A DNA stretch of 64,000 nucleotides, taken from an uncultured Acidobacteriota bacterium (lineage in GTDB: Bacteria > Acidobacteriota > Polarisedimenticolia > J045). The stretch is taken from contig CAVPCQ010000037.1 in the NCBI GenBank assembly GCA_963702425.1, positions 288,001 to 352,000 on the forward strand. The letters run 5' to 3'. Each line of letters opens with the position of its first letter. Within the stretch, counting starts at the first letter, position 1. The position numbers were made by a program, and so were the translations under genes. Shown here piece by piece: positions 26,398 through 35,566 of this stretch. The notes beneath the pieces are model-generated. The model did not search any database. It saw nothing but the letters and a program-made list of their open reading frames with translations, and had not been told where the DNA came from.

Positions 26398-26769
26398 ATG
26401 AAGTTCCTGTTGAGCCTGGTCATCACCGCGCTGGCGCTGGCCGCGGCGGCGCAGATCGTGCCGGGGATCAGCTACGGCACGCCCAAGGACCTGGCGCTGA
26501 TGGCGCTGGTCGTGGGCCTCGTCAACGCGATCATCACGCCGGTCGTCAAGCTCCTGAGCTGCCCCTTCATCATCCTGACGCTCGGGCTGGCGATCCCGAT
26601 CATCAACGCGCTGATGCTGCTGCTGGCGACCAAGATCGCCTCGATGTTCGGGATCAACTTCCGCGTTGACGGATTCTGGCCGGCGCTGCTCGGCGCGATC
26701 CTGATCTCGGTCGTGTCGATCGTGTTGGGGGCGGTGACGGGGGCGTTCCGGTCGGAGGAGAAGCGGTAG
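26398..26769 (+). CDS. YvlD-like 4-TM membrane protein (phage holin family 4.2)
   Basis: GLVNAIITPVVKLLSCPFIILTLGL..INALML, VDGFWPALLGA; strong GGAGG RBS. Confidence 0.85.
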   Translation: MKFLLSLVITALALAAAAQIVPGISYGTPKDLALMALVVGLVNAIITPVVKLLSCPFIILTLGLAIPIINALMLLLATKIASMFGINFRVDGFWPALLGAILISVVSIVLGAVTGAFRSEEKR

Positions 26770-26791
26770 CGAAGGGGGGCCCGGGGCGGGC

Positions 26792-27214
26792 TCAGTCCTC
26801 TTCGCGGACCCGTCCCCGGGCGCGCTTCACCTCCCCCCGGCGCACCTTCTGGTGCCGCCGCTGCACCTTCTGGGCCCGCGGCACGCGGGTCTCGAAGCGC
26901 GGCGCCTCTTCCGCCAGCGCCCAGCGCAGCAGCTCGACGAAGCGCTCGCGCGCCGCGTCGCGGTTGGCGGCCTGGCTGCGCGAGGACTGGGCCACGACGC
27001 GCAACACGCCGTCCTTCGAGATCCGGGTCGCCAGCCGCTCCAGGATGCGCGCCCGCTGGTCGTCGTCCAGGGCCGGAGAGTGGGCGACATCGAACAGCAG
27101 GGTGGCGCGCGAGCTGACTTTGTTGACGTGCTGGCCCCCCGGCCCCCCGCTGCGCGAGAAGACGAACGAGACCGCCTCGTCGGGCAGCGCGAGGCCGGGG
27201 AGGATTTCGATCAT
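26792..27214 (-). CDS. arfB: Alternative ribosome rescue peptidyl-tRNA hydrolase
   Basis: SRSGGPGGQHVNKVSS, RSQAANR, basic C-terminal tail. Confidence 0.93.
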   Translation of the reverse strand: MIEILPGLALPDEAVSFVFSRSGGPGGQHVNKVSSRATLLFDVAHSPALDDDQRARILERLATRISKDGVLRVVAQSSRSQAANRDAARERFVELLRWALAEEAPRFETRVPRAQKVQRRHQKVRRGEVKRARGRVREED

Positions 27215-27235
27215 CGGTGGGCCCTGTGCGTAGTT

Positions 27236-27295
27236 GGGCCGGCACGGAGGCCGGCCCCTGCGCCTTTCGGGCCGGCACGGAGGCCGGCCCCTGCG
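27236..27295 (-). repeat. Two direct copies of a REP-like palindrome GGGCCGGC-ACGGAG-GCCGGCCC-CTGC
   Basis: Identical 27-mers at 27236-27262 and 27269-27295; 8-bp arms; GCAG foot on the minus strand; intergenic. Confidence 0.85.
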
Positions 27296-27296
27296 G

Positions 27297-28691
27297 CTAT
27301 CTTTTCTTCGGAGCGCCCCCGGTGAAGCTCGCCGGCAGCTCCTCGAACAGCGCGGCCGCGGCCTCGTTGCCGCGGTAGAACTGGTCGAGGTCGAACTTCT
27401 CGTTCGGGGCGTGGAGGTTGTCGTCCGGCAGGCCGATCCCCATCAGCACCGCCGGCACGCCGAGCAGCTTGCCGAAGGTCCCGACGACCGGGATCGAGCC
27501 CCCTTCGCGCATGAAGACCGGGGTCTTGCCGAACGAACGCTTGAGCGCGCGGGCCGCCGCGGCCAGCGCCGGGTGGTCGGTCTCGGCCAGCCAGGCCTCC
27601 GCGCCGTGCAGGTTCTGGACCTGCACCTTGACCGACTTGGGCGTGATCTTCTTGATGTACGCGATCACCTGCTTCGCGATCTCGTTCGGCTTCTGGTTCG
27701 GAACGAGGCGCATCGAGATCTTGATGTGGGCCTCGGCCGGGATCACGGTCTTGGCGCCCTGTCCGGTGAAGCCGCCCCAGATCCCGTTGACCTCCAGCGT
27801 CGGCCGGGCCCAGGTCCGCTCGAGCGTCGTGAACCCCTTCTCGCCGAACAGCTCGGGCGCGCCCAGCTCCTTCTTGTACTTCGCGTCCTTGTGCGGCAGC
27901 GCGGCGAAGGCCTTGCGCTCGGCCGCGGTCAGCTTGCGCACCTTGTCGTAGAAGCCGGGGACCTTGATCTTGCCGTTCATGTCCTTCAGCCCGGCGACGA
28001 TCTGCGCCGCCGCGAAGGCCGGGTTGATCACCGCGCCGCCGAAGCTGCCGGAGTGCAGGTCGGACTTGGTGCCGAAGATGTCGACCTGGAGGTAGAGCAG
28101 GCCACGCAGCCCGTGGGTGATCGACGGCACCCCCTTGGCGAAGAAGCCGGTGTCGGAGACCAGGACCGCGTCGCACTTCAGCAGGTCGAGGTGCGACTTG
28201 AGGAAGGCGTCGAGCGAGGGCGAGCTGATCTCCTCTTCCCCCTCGATCAGGAACTTGACGTTGACGGGACAGGTACCGCTGGTCTTGAGGTGTGCCTCGA
28301 GCGCGTTGGCGTAGATGATCATCTGGCCCTTGTCGTCGCAGGCGCCGCGGGCGAAGAGCTTGCCGTCGCGCACGGTCGGCTCGAAGGGGGGCGTCGTCCA
28401 GAGCTCGAGGGGGTCGACCGGCTGGACGTCGTAGTGGCCGTAGGCCAGGACCGTCGGCGCGCCCGGCGCGCCGAGCCACTCGCCGTAGACGATCGGGTGC
28501 TTCGGGGTGTCGAACAGCTCCACCCGCGTGCAACCCGCCGACCGGAGCCGGTCCCTCACCCAAACGCCCGCGCGGCGGACCTCGCCGGCGAGCTCGGGAT
28601 CGGTGCTGATCGACGGGATGCGGAGCAGCTCATTCAGCTGGTCGAGGTGACGCTCACGGTTCTCGCGGACGAACTTGACGGCTGCGCTCAT
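27297..28691 (-). CDS. M20 family dipeptidase (ArgE/DapE-like)
   Basis: YGHYDVQP, ARGACDDKGQ, IEGEEE, DLHSG, GAKTVIP, EGGSIP, HAPNE; ATG at 28691 in ATGA overlap with cfa. Confidence 0.93.
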   Translation of the reverse strand: MSAAVKFVRENRERHLDQLNELLRIPSISTDPELAGEVRRAGVWVRDRLRSAGCTRVELFDTPKHPIVYGEWLGAPGAPTVLAYGHYDVQPVDPLELWTTPPFEPTVRDGKLFARGACDDKGQMIIYANALEAHLKTSGTCPVNVKFLIEGEEEISSPSLDAFLKSHLDLLKCDAVLVSDTGFFAKGVPSITHGLRGLLYLQVDIFGTKSDLHSGSFGGAVINPAFAAAQIVAGLKDMNGKIKVPGFYDKVRKLTAAERKAFAALPHKDAKYKKELGAPELFGEKGFTTLERTWARPTLEVNGIWGGFTGQGAKTVIPAEAHIKISMRLVPNQKPNEIAKQVIAYIKKITPKSVKVQVQNLHGAEAWLAETDHPALAAAARALKRSFGKTPVFMREGGSIPVVGTFGKLLGVPAVLMGIGLPDDNLHAPNEKFDLDQFYRGNEAAAALFEELPASFTGGAPKKR

Positions 28692-30046
28692 CGGTTCCTT
28701 CCCGGCCACGCCGGCAGGCCGGCGCGGGCCAGCACCAGCTGCAGGTCGTTGAGATAGCGCGAGGCGAACCCCGCCTCGCAATAGGCGAAGTAGTACTCCC
28801 AGGTACGCTGGAATCTCTCGTCGAAGCCGAGCCGTGTCAGTTCGGCCGAATGCGTCAGGAAGCGGCGGCGCCAGGCGGCGAGGGTCGGCGCATAGTGCGG
28901 CCCGACGTTCTCGAGCTGCTCGACCACCAGGGACGAGGCGCGGGTCATCGCCTCGCACAGCGCGGTGAGCGACGGGATGACCGCGCCGGGGAAGATGTAC
29001 TTCTGGATCCAGTCGACGCGCTCGAGGTAGCCCTCGTAGCGCTGGTCGGGCAGCGTGATGACCTGGAGCACCGCCCGCCCTCCCGGCGCCAGCAGCCGGT
29101 CGACGGCGGCAAAGAAGGCGCCGAAATACTCGTGGCCGACCGCCTCCAGCATCTCGATCGAGACCACCCGGTCGTAGACGCCGGTCGCGGCGCGGTAGTC
29201 GCACAGCTCGATCGCGACCTGGTCCGCCAACCCGGCCTCGAGGGCTCGTGCCAGGCCCCACGCGCGCTGCTGCTCCGAGACGGTCAGCCCGGTGACGCGC
29301 ACGCCGTACTCGCGGGCCGCGGTCAGCGCGGTCGAACCCCAGCCGCAACCGATCTCGAGCAGGTGCATCCCCGGCGCGAGCCGGGCCTTGTCGAGGACCG
29401 CCCGGATCTTGCGCTGCTGCGCCGCCTCGAGCGGCTCGTCGTCGCGCTCGAACAAGCCGCAGGAGTAGGTCATCGACTCGTCGAGGAACAGCTGGAAGAA
29501 GTCGTTCCCGAGGTCGTAGTGCGCGCGGATGTTCCGGCGGCTCCCGCCCGGGGTGTTCCGCCGGCGGAGGTGATCGAGCCGATCGGCCAGGCGGCGGACG
29601 AGGCCGGGCCGGCCGGCGTCGCCCGCGAGCACCTCCTCGTTGGCGATGAAGAGCGCGATCACCGCGACGAGATCGGGGGTCACCCAGTCGCCGTCGACGA
29701 AGGCCTCGCCGAAGCCGAGATCTCCCCCCAACGCCACGCGCGGGAAGAAGGCCCAGCGCCGGACGTCGATCGCCGCCGAAGGCGCGCCCGGGGATGCGTC
29801 GGCGGAGGCCCCGAAGCGGCGCACCGTGCCGTCCGGGAGGCGCAGCTCCAGCGCGCCGCGGTCGATCGCCGCCAGCTCCGCCAGGACGCGCGCCGCCGCC
29901 CGGCGTTCGACGAGGCCGGGGGGGGTGGCCGGGAGGGCGGGTGCAGCGGACGCCGTCGTGGGCGCCGGCACCGCCGGGGGTGGGTCGGAAACCGGGAGGG
30001 CGCCGGGGGCGCGGGGAGCGTCGGATTGTGCGGGGAGCAGGCTCAT
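28688..30046 (-). CDS. cfa: Cyclopropane-fatty-acyl-phospholipid synthase family SAM methyltransferase
   Basis: NIRAHYDLGNDFF..LDESMTYSC, LEIGCGWG, VSIEMLEAVG, WIQKYIFPG, YYFAYCEAGF. Confidence 0.9.
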   Translation of the reverse strand: MSLLPAQSDAPRAPGALPVSDPPPAVPAPTTASAAPALPATPPGLVERRAAARVLAELAAIDRGALELRLPDGTVRRFGASADASPGAPSAAIDVRRWAFFPRVALGGDLGFGEAFVDGDWVTPDLVAVIALFIANEEVLAGDAGRPGLVRRLADRLDHLRRRNTPGGSRRNIRAHYDLGNDFFQLFLDESMTYSCGLFERDDEPLEAAQQRKIRAVLDKARLAPGMHLLEIGCGWGSTALTAAREYGVRVTGLTVSEQQRAWGLARALEAGLADQVAIELCDYRAATGVYDRVVSIEMLEAVGHEYFGAFFAAVDRLLAPGGRAVLQVITLPDQRYEGYLERVDWIQKYIFPGAVIPSLTALCEAMTRASSLVVEQLENVGPHYAPTLAAWRRRFLTHSAELTRLGFDERFQRTWEYYFAYCEAGFASRYLNDLQLVLARAGLPAWPGRNR

Positions 30047-30155
30047 CGGGACCGTCCGGACCGCTCACGATAGCAGACCGGCGGGCCGGGTTGCTCCCGC
30101 CGGACCCGGGGGGTAGCCTCGCCCAGCCTCACCCCGAGAGCACCGGAGCGCCGCG

Positions 30156-30530
30156 ATGCAGGGCCGCATCACCGTCAACGGGATCCGCTTCCACGCCTTC
30201 CACGGCCTGACGAAGCTCGAGCGCCAGATCGGCGTGCGGCACCGCGTCGACATCGCGATGAAGGCCGACATCGAGAAGGCGGCCGGGAGCGACCGGATCG
30301 AGGACACCGTCGACTACCGCGAGATCCACGACATCGTGATCCGGATCGGGCGCCAGAACTCCTTCTACCTGATCGAGACGCTCGCGGTGCGGATCGCGAA
30401 GGAGATCATGGACCGCTGCGGCTGCGACGAGGTGCGCGTCTCGGTGCTCAAGGAGACGCCGGTGCTCGACGGGATGGTCGACTCGGTGGGGGTCGAGGTC
30501 ACGCTCGAGAAGGAGCCGGCCGCGCCATGA
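30156..30530 (+). CDS. folB: Dihydroneopterin aldolase
   Basis: FHAFHG..ERQIG, DRIEDTVDY, FYLIETLA, VSVLK. Confidence 0.9.
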   Translation: MQGRITVNGIRFHAFHGLTKLERQIGVRHRVDIAMKADIEKAAGSDRIEDTVDYREIHDIVIRIGRQNSFYLIETLAVRIAKEIMDRCGCDEVRVSVLKETPVLDGMVDSVGVEVTLEKEPAAP

Positions 30531-30907
30531 GACTGCGCCGCGAGTACCGCTTCGAAGCCAGTCATATCCTGCCGCGCCACCCGGGCGCCTGCTCGCGCCT
30601 GCACGGCCACAGCTACCGCTTCATCGTCGAGCTCGAGGGGTCGATCGAGGCGACCTCGGGGATGGTGATCGACTTCGGCGACCTCGACGCGATCGTGAAG
30701 CAACGCGTGCTCGAGCGGGTCGACCACCGGCACTGGAACGACCTGCTCGAGAACCCGACCGCGGAGTGGATCTCGGTCTGGATCTGGGACCAGTTGAAGC
30801 CCGCCCTGCCGGGGCTGACCGCGCTGGAGATGTTCGAGGTCGAAGGGGCGTCGTGCTTCTACCGCGGCGAGCACGCGGGGCAGGGGACGGCGGCGGGGCG
30901 GCCGTGA
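30527..30907 (+). CDS. queD: 6-carboxytetrahydropterin synthase / PTPS family
   Basis: FEASH, CSRLHGHSY, GMVIDF, DHRHWND..ENPTAE. Confidence 0.88.
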   Translation: MRLRREYRFEASHILPRHPGACSRLHGHSYRFIVELEGSIEATSGMVIDFGDLDAIVKQRVLERVDHRHWNDLLENPTAEWISVWIWDQLKPALPGLTALEMFEVEGASCFYRGEHAGQGTAAGRP

Positions 30908-31479
30908 ACCGCGAGCGGATGGAACGCGGGATCCGCGAGTTCCTCGAGGGGCTCGGTGAGGCCGGCGCGTTCCCGGGCGGGATGACTCCCGGGGAGTTGC
31001 TGCGTGAGACCCCGCGCCGCGTGGCCGCGGCCTTCGCCGACGACCTGCTGGCCGGCTACGGCGAGGACCCCGACGCGCACCTCGAGCCGGTGCCGCTGGC
31101 CGGGGCCGCGGGCCCGGTCGTGCTGCACGGCATCCGGTTCGTCTCGGTCTGCGCCCACCACCTGCTGCCGTTCCGCGGCCAGGCCAGCGTCGGGTTCGTG
31201 CCCGACGGGGCTCACGTCGGGATCGGCGGGATCGCCCGGCTGGTCGACACGCTGGCGCGGCGGCTGACCCTTCAGGAGGCCCTGACGGCGGAGATCGCCG
31301 ACCGCCTGGCGGCCCGCTTGCGCCCGCGCGCGGTCGTGGTCAGGATCGAGGCCGAACACCTGTGCCTCTCGGTGCGCGGGGCCCGGAAGACCGGGCACGT
31401 GCTCGAGACGCTCGAACGCCGGGGGGAGCCGTCGGCGGCGCTCGAGCGGATGATGCTCGCGCCGGCCGGGCGCGGGTGA
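30904..31479 (+). CDS. folE: GTP cyclohydrolase I family protein (divergent)
   Basis: ETPRRVA, SVCAHHLLPF, LQEALT, AEHLCLSVRG; GTGA overlap with queD. Confidence 0.85.
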   Translation: MNRERMERGIREFLEGLGEAGAFPGGMTPGELLRETPRRVAAAFADDLLAGYGEDPDAHLEPVPLAGAAGPVVLHGIRFVSVCAHHLLPFRGQASVGFVPDGAHVGIGGIARLVDTLARRLTLQEALTAEIADRLAARLRPRAVVVRIEAEHLCLSVRGARKTGHVLETLERRGEPSAALERMMLAPAGRG

Positions 31480-31498
31480 CGGGCGGCGGGAGGCCACG

Positions 31499-31837
31499 AT
31501 GGAGATCGGCGTCGAACGTCGCGGGGAAGTGACGGTCCTGCGGCCGCACGGCGAGCTCAAGGTCGGCGGCCCCGACCTGGTGCTGCGCGCGGCCTTCGAC
31601 CGGGCGATCGAAGAGGGGAGCCGCCGGATCGTGCTCGACCTGGTCGAGGTCCACTTCGTCGACAGCTCGGGCCTGGGCGAGATGGTCGCGGCGCTGAAGA
31701 AGCTGCGGGCCGGGGCGGGGGACCTCAAGCTCGCCTCCGCCAACCGGCGCGTGGCGGAGACGCTGCGCATCACCCAGCTCGTGCGCGTGCTCGAGATGCA
31801 CGACAGCGCCGCCGGCGCGGTCGCCTCGTTCCACTGA
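31499..31837 (+). CDS. STAS-domain anti-sigma factor antagonist
   Basis: IVLDLVEVHFVDSSGLG phosphorylation-site motif; 112 aa. Confidence 0.92.
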   Translation: MEIGVERRGEVTVLRPHGELKVGGPDLVLRAAFDRAIEEGSRRIVLDLVEVHFVDSSGLGEMVAALKKLRAGAGDLKLASANRRVAETLRITQLVRVLEMHDSAAGAVASFH

Positions 31838-31887
31838 CGGGACGCAGCCTCGGGCGCGCCGCGCGCGGCGTGGGCTATTCTCGGCCT

Positions 31888-34173
31888 GTGATCGGCATCG
31901 CTCTCACGCTCGTCCTCGCATTCGGATCAGCGCCGGCCTCGGCGTCGGCTGCGAAACCGCCGTCGCAGCCCCCGGCGAAGCCCCCGCTCGCGCTCCCCCC
32001 CGCGGCCCCCAGCCTGTTCGATACGATCGATCCCGGCGTTGCCGTGGCGTCGCCGCGCGTCCGCGTCGGGCTCAGCACCGACCGGCGGGAGGTCGCGCTC
32101 GGCTCGACTGCGGGCCGGCTGCGGCTGCTCGACGGCCGGGGCGGGGCCGAGCTCTGGCCCGATCGCGCCGCCGGCCCCGTCCGCGTGGTGCGCGACGTGG
32201 CGGTCGAGGACGGCGACGCCACGCTGGAGGAGGTGCGGCGAATCCAGGTCGGGGCGTTCCGCGACGAGCCCCAAGCCAGGGATCTCGGCGCCCGGCTCGA
32301 GACCGAACTGCGGCAACCGGCGATCACCTACTGGGACTCCGATCGGAACGTCTGGCGGGTCCGGGTCGGCGAGGCGATCGAGCCCGAGGCGCTGAAGCCG
32401 CTCCTGGCGCAGGTCCGCGAGAGCGGCTACCCCGACGCGTGGATCGTGCGCGAGCCGGTGCGGCGGCTCGCGGGGGCGTCGCTGCGGCTGCTCGACGGGC
32501 GCTGGAACGTGCAGGCGGTGGCGACCGACCGGATCGTCGCCGTGCCGCCGCCGGGGGCGCTGGTCACCGTCGAGGGGCGCTCCTACCGCGGCCTGATCGA
32601 GGTCCGGCTGACCCCCTACGGCGAGGTGCTGGCGATCAACGAGATCGGCGTCGAGGACTACCTGCGCGGGGTCGTGCCGGAGGAGCTGGGCCCGAACCTC
32701 TACCCCGAACTCGAGGCGCAGAAGGCCCAGGCGGTCGCCGCGCGGACCTACGCTTTCGGGAACCTCGGGCAGTTCACGGCCGACGGCTACGACATGTGCG
32801 ACACGCCCCGCTGCCAGGTCTACCGCGGCGCGGGGAGCGAGCAGCCGCTGTCCGACCGCGCGATCCGCGAGACGCGTGGAGAGATCCTCGTCTGGAACGG
32901 CGGGCCGGTGAACGCGCTGTTCACCTCGACCTGCGGCGGGCACACCGAGGACGTCGAGCTGGTCTTCCCGGAGTGGGACTATCCCTACCTGCGCGGCGTG
33001 CCGTGCGGGCTCCCCCCGAAGGAGCGGGCCCGACGCGGCGCCACGCTGGTCGGGAACCCGGTCGCTTCGGTCCCCGGCGCGCCCGACCCCGGGCCGGAGC
33101 CGCTCGATCTCGGCCGGCTTGTGGCCCACGGGATCGTCGGCCGCGAGGCCTACGATCCCGGCTGGCGGACGGTTCCGGTGCAGGCCGGCGAGGCCTGGCG
33201 CTGGTTCGCCGCTCTGGCCGCGCAAGCCGGCAAGCCGGCACCCGCGGCAGTCACGGACCCCGCCGGACGGCTGGCGCTCTGGCGCGCCGCCGCCGCGCTG
33301 CTCGGCGTCGAGGGGAGCGAGGTGGTCGCTCCCGGCGACGAGGCGCTGGTGCTGGCGGTCGAGGACGCCGACCTCGTGGCGCCCGAGGACCTGCCGCTGG
33401 TCGCGGCGCTGTTCGCGCGCGGCCTCGCGCACCCCGACGCCGAGGGGCGGCTCGATCCGAAGGGGATCCCGACCCGGGGCGAGGTGCTGGGCTGGATCGC
33501 GCGCGCCGCCGACCAGTACGCGGCCGTCCCGCTGGAAGAGGCGCAGGTCGCGGCGGCGCCGTCCGGCGGCCCGGTGAAGATCGCGACCCGCTCCGGCAAG
33601 CGCGAGTGGACGCTGGCCATCGCTCCGGACCTGCTGGCGGAGGTCGGCGGGGCCTGGCATCGCGTCGGGCGGGTCGACCTGCTGCCTGGAGACCGCGTCC
33701 TGGTCGCGGCCGATGACGGCCGCGTCACGCTGGTCGCGCTGCAGGAGCGGGCCGGCAGCTCGGACGACCGGACCAGCTCGAAGTACCGCTGGACCAAGGT
33801 GAAGGAGCGCGCGGAGCTCGAAACCTCGCTGGCCCCGGTCGCGCCGGTCGGCGAACTGCGCGATCTCCGGATCCTCGGGCGCGGCCGCTCGGGACGGGTC
33901 ACGGCGATGGAGATCGTCGGCGTCGACGGGCGGGCGATCGTCGAGGGGTTCCGCCTGCGGCGCGCGCTCGACCTGCCGGAGACCCTGTTCTCGATGGACG
34001 TGCAGCGCGACCGCGACGGCACGCTGCGCCGGGTCACGTTCCGCGGCCGCGGGTGGGGGCACGGCGTCGGGCTGTGCCAGGTCGGCGCGTTCGGGATGGC
34101 CCGCCGCGGAACCGGCTACCGCGAGATCCTGACGCACTACTACACGGGGGTCGTCCTGGCGAAGGTGCCCTGA
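31888..34173 (+). CDS. SpoIID/LytB-domain peptidoglycan lytic transglycosylase with SPOR domain
   Basis: Signal peptide; SPOR (IQVGAF..WRVRVG); EDYLRGVVPEE, KAQAVAARTY, CQVY, FTSTCGGHTE, GWGHGVGLCQVGA..ILTHYY. Confidence 0.92.
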   Translation: MIGIALTLVLAFGSAPASASAAKPPSQPPAKPPLALPPAAPSLFDTIDPGVAVASPRVRVGLSTDRREVALGSTAGRLRLLDGRGGAELWPDRAAGPVRVVRDVAVEDGDATLEEVRRIQVGAFRDEPQARDLGARLETELRQPAITYWDSDRNVWRVRVGEAIEPEALKPLLAQVRESGYPDAWIVREPVRRLAGASLRLLDGRWNVQAVATDRIVAVPPPGALVTVEGRSYRGLIEVRLTPYGEVLAINEIGVEDYLRGVVPEELGPNLYPELEAQKAQAVAARTYAFGNLGQFTADGYDMCDTPRCQVYRGAGSEQPLSDRAIRETRGEILVWNGGPVNALFTSTCGGHTEDVELVFPEWDYPYLRGVPCGLPPKERARRGATLVGNPVASVPGAPDPGPEPLDLGRLVAHGIVGREAYDPGWRTVPVQAGEAWRWFAALAAQAGKPAPAAVTDPAGRLALWRAAAALLGVEGSEVVAPGDEALVLAVEDADLVAPEDLPLVAALFARGLAHPDAEGRLDPKGIPTRGEVLGWIARAADQYAAVPLEEAQVAAAPSGGPVKIATRSGKREWTLAIAPDLLAEVGGAWHRVGRVDLLPGDRVLVAADDGRVTLVALQERAGSSDDRTSSKYRWTKVKERAELETSLAPVAPVGELRDLRILGRGRSGRVTAMEIVGVDGRAIVEGFRLRRALDLPETLFSMDVQRDRDGTLRRVTFRGRGWGHGVGLCQVGAFGMARRGTGYREILTHYYTGVVLAKVP

Positions 34174-34367
34174 TGGGAGGCGCCGCTCCCGCGACGACGG
34201 CGAAGCCGGGCGTAGCGCCGGAAACGGCGGCCAATCCGTCGGGAGCGCGGCGCGAAGCCTGGCGCGAAGCCCGGCGCGAAGCCCGGCGCGGCCTCGTCGT
34301 CGCGCTCGCTGCGCTGCTCCTGCTGGCGGCCTTCCGGCTGGTGCGCGCGGCGTGGGGCGGGCCGTGA
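34173..34367 (+). CDS. Small single-pass membrane protein, 64 aa (putative)
   Basis: TGATG overlap with spoIID and GTGA overlap with miaA; hydrophobic helix GLVVALAALLLLAAF. Confidence 0.5.
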   Translation: MGGAAPATTAKPGVAPETAANPSGARREAWREARREARRGLVVALAALLLLAAFRLVRAAWGGP

Positions 34368-35299
34368 GCGCGCCGCCCGTCGTCGCGATCTACGGGCCGA
34401 CCGGAACGGGGAAGACGCGGCTCGCGGCCGCGCTCGCCGACCGCCTCCCGTGCCGCCTGATCTCGTGCGACGCGCTGCAGGTCTACCGCGATTTCCAGGT
34501 GGCGACGGAGAAGCCGCGCGGGGCCGAAGCGCGTCATCCCTGGGCGCTGGTCGATTGGGCCGAGCCGACGCGCGACGTGAACCTCGGCGAGTGGGTCCGC
34601 GCGGCCGAAGCCGAGATCCGCGCGGCCCACGCGGCGGGCGAGCTGCCGGTCGTGGCCGGCGGGACCGGGCTCTACCTGCGCGGCCTGCTCAAGGGGGTCG
34701 CCGCCGCGCCGCGGCGCGATACCGCGCTGCGCCGGCGGCTCGCCGCCCTCGCCGAGCGGCGGGGCGTGCCGTATCTCCACCGCGTGCTGTCGCGCCTCGA
34801 TCCCGTGACCGCCGCGCGCTTGGCGCCGCGCGACCGGCAGCGGATCGAGCGGGCGCTCGAGGTCCGGCTCGTCGCCGGCGCGTCGCTGTCCTCCCTGCAG
34901 GGGAGCGGTTTCGCCGGCCCGGACCGCTTCGCCACGCTGCGCGTCGGCCTCGCGCTGCCGCGCGAGATGCTCTACGCGCGGCTCGACGCGCGCGCCGCCG
35001 GCTACCTCGCGGCGGGGCTCGTGGACGAGGTGCGCTGGCTGCTGGAAACACGGGGCGTGCCTCGCACCGCCAGCGCCTTCCGTGCCCTCGGCTACCGCGA
35101 GGCGCTGGCCTGGCTCGACGACCCGCAGGCGGTCGGCGGCGAGGCGGCCCTGCTGGAGCGGATCCAGCGCAATACGCGCCACTACGCCAAGCGACAGGTC
35201 ACCTGGTTCCGGGGCGAGCGGGGCACGACGTGGTTCGATCCTCGAAAGCCGGACCTCGCGGACCGGCTGGCGGAGCAGGCCCGGCGGGCCGGGGGGTAG
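34364..35299 (+). CDS. miaA: tRNA dimethylallyltransferase
   Basis: GPTGTGKT, ISCDALQVYR, GGTGLY, DRQRIERALEV, ALGYRE, TRHYAKRQVTWF; upstream of hfq. Confidence 0.95.
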   Translation: MSAPPVVAIYGPTGTGKTRLAAALADRLPCRLISCDALQVYRDFQVATEKPRGAEARHPWALVDWAEPTRDVNLGEWVRAAEAEIRAAHAAGELPVVAGGTGLYLRGLLKGVAAAPRRDTALRRRLAALAERRGVPYLHRVLSRLDPVTAARLAPRDRQRIERALEVRLVAGASLSSLQGSGFAGPDRFATLRVGLALPREMLYARLDARAAGYLAAGLVDEVRWLLETRGVPRTASAFRALGYREALAWLDDPQAVGGEAALLERIQRNTRHYAKRQVTWFRGERGTTWFDPRKPDLADRLAEQARRAGG

Positions 35300-35322
35300 A
35301 CGAACGGCGCTCGGCTGGGGCC

Positions 35323-35328
35323 TATAAT
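35323..35328 (+). promoter_or_regulatory. -10 element TATAAT, 7 nt before the hfq ATG (probable leaderless transcript)
   Basis: Perfect consensus hexamer in very GC-rich DNA; no SD sequence before the ATG at 35336. Confidence 0.6.
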
Positions 35329-35335
35329 GCCGCCC

Positions 35336-35566
35336 ATGAGCGCCGAGGAGCAGGATCTTCAGACCACCCTACTGTCCCGCTTCCGCCGCGAGAACACGAC
35401 CGTCGCGGTGTGGCTGGTGAGCGGCAAACGGCTCGTCGGCCGAATCAAGGGATACGACCGCTTCACCCTGCTGCTCGAACACGCCGGCGCCGACCACCTC
35501 GTGTTCAAGCACGCGGTCGCGACGATCGGTCCGGCCCGCGACTTCCCGCGGGACGACATGCGCTAG
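35336..35566 (+). CDS. hfq: RNA chaperone Hfq
   Basis: LQ..LL..R, V.LVSG..L.G.I..YDRFTLLL, LVFKHAVATI; miaA-hfq synteny. Confidence 0.9.
   Translation: MSAEEQDLQTTLLSRFRRENTTVAVWLVSGKRLVGRIKGYDRFTLLLEHAGADHLVFKHAVATIGPARDFPRDDMR

Noticed and set aside
26398-26769. 'Phage holin' as evidence of a prophage
   Set aside because: This YvlD-like family is usually chromosomal, and no phage genes are nearby.
27236-27295. Mini CRISPR array
   Set aside because: Only two repeats with a 6-nt spacer; they match the dispersed REP family and there are no cas genes.
27297-30068. 923-aa Cfa-dipeptidase fusion
   Set aside because: The upstream half is cfa out of frame; the two genes overlap by ATGA at 28688-28691.
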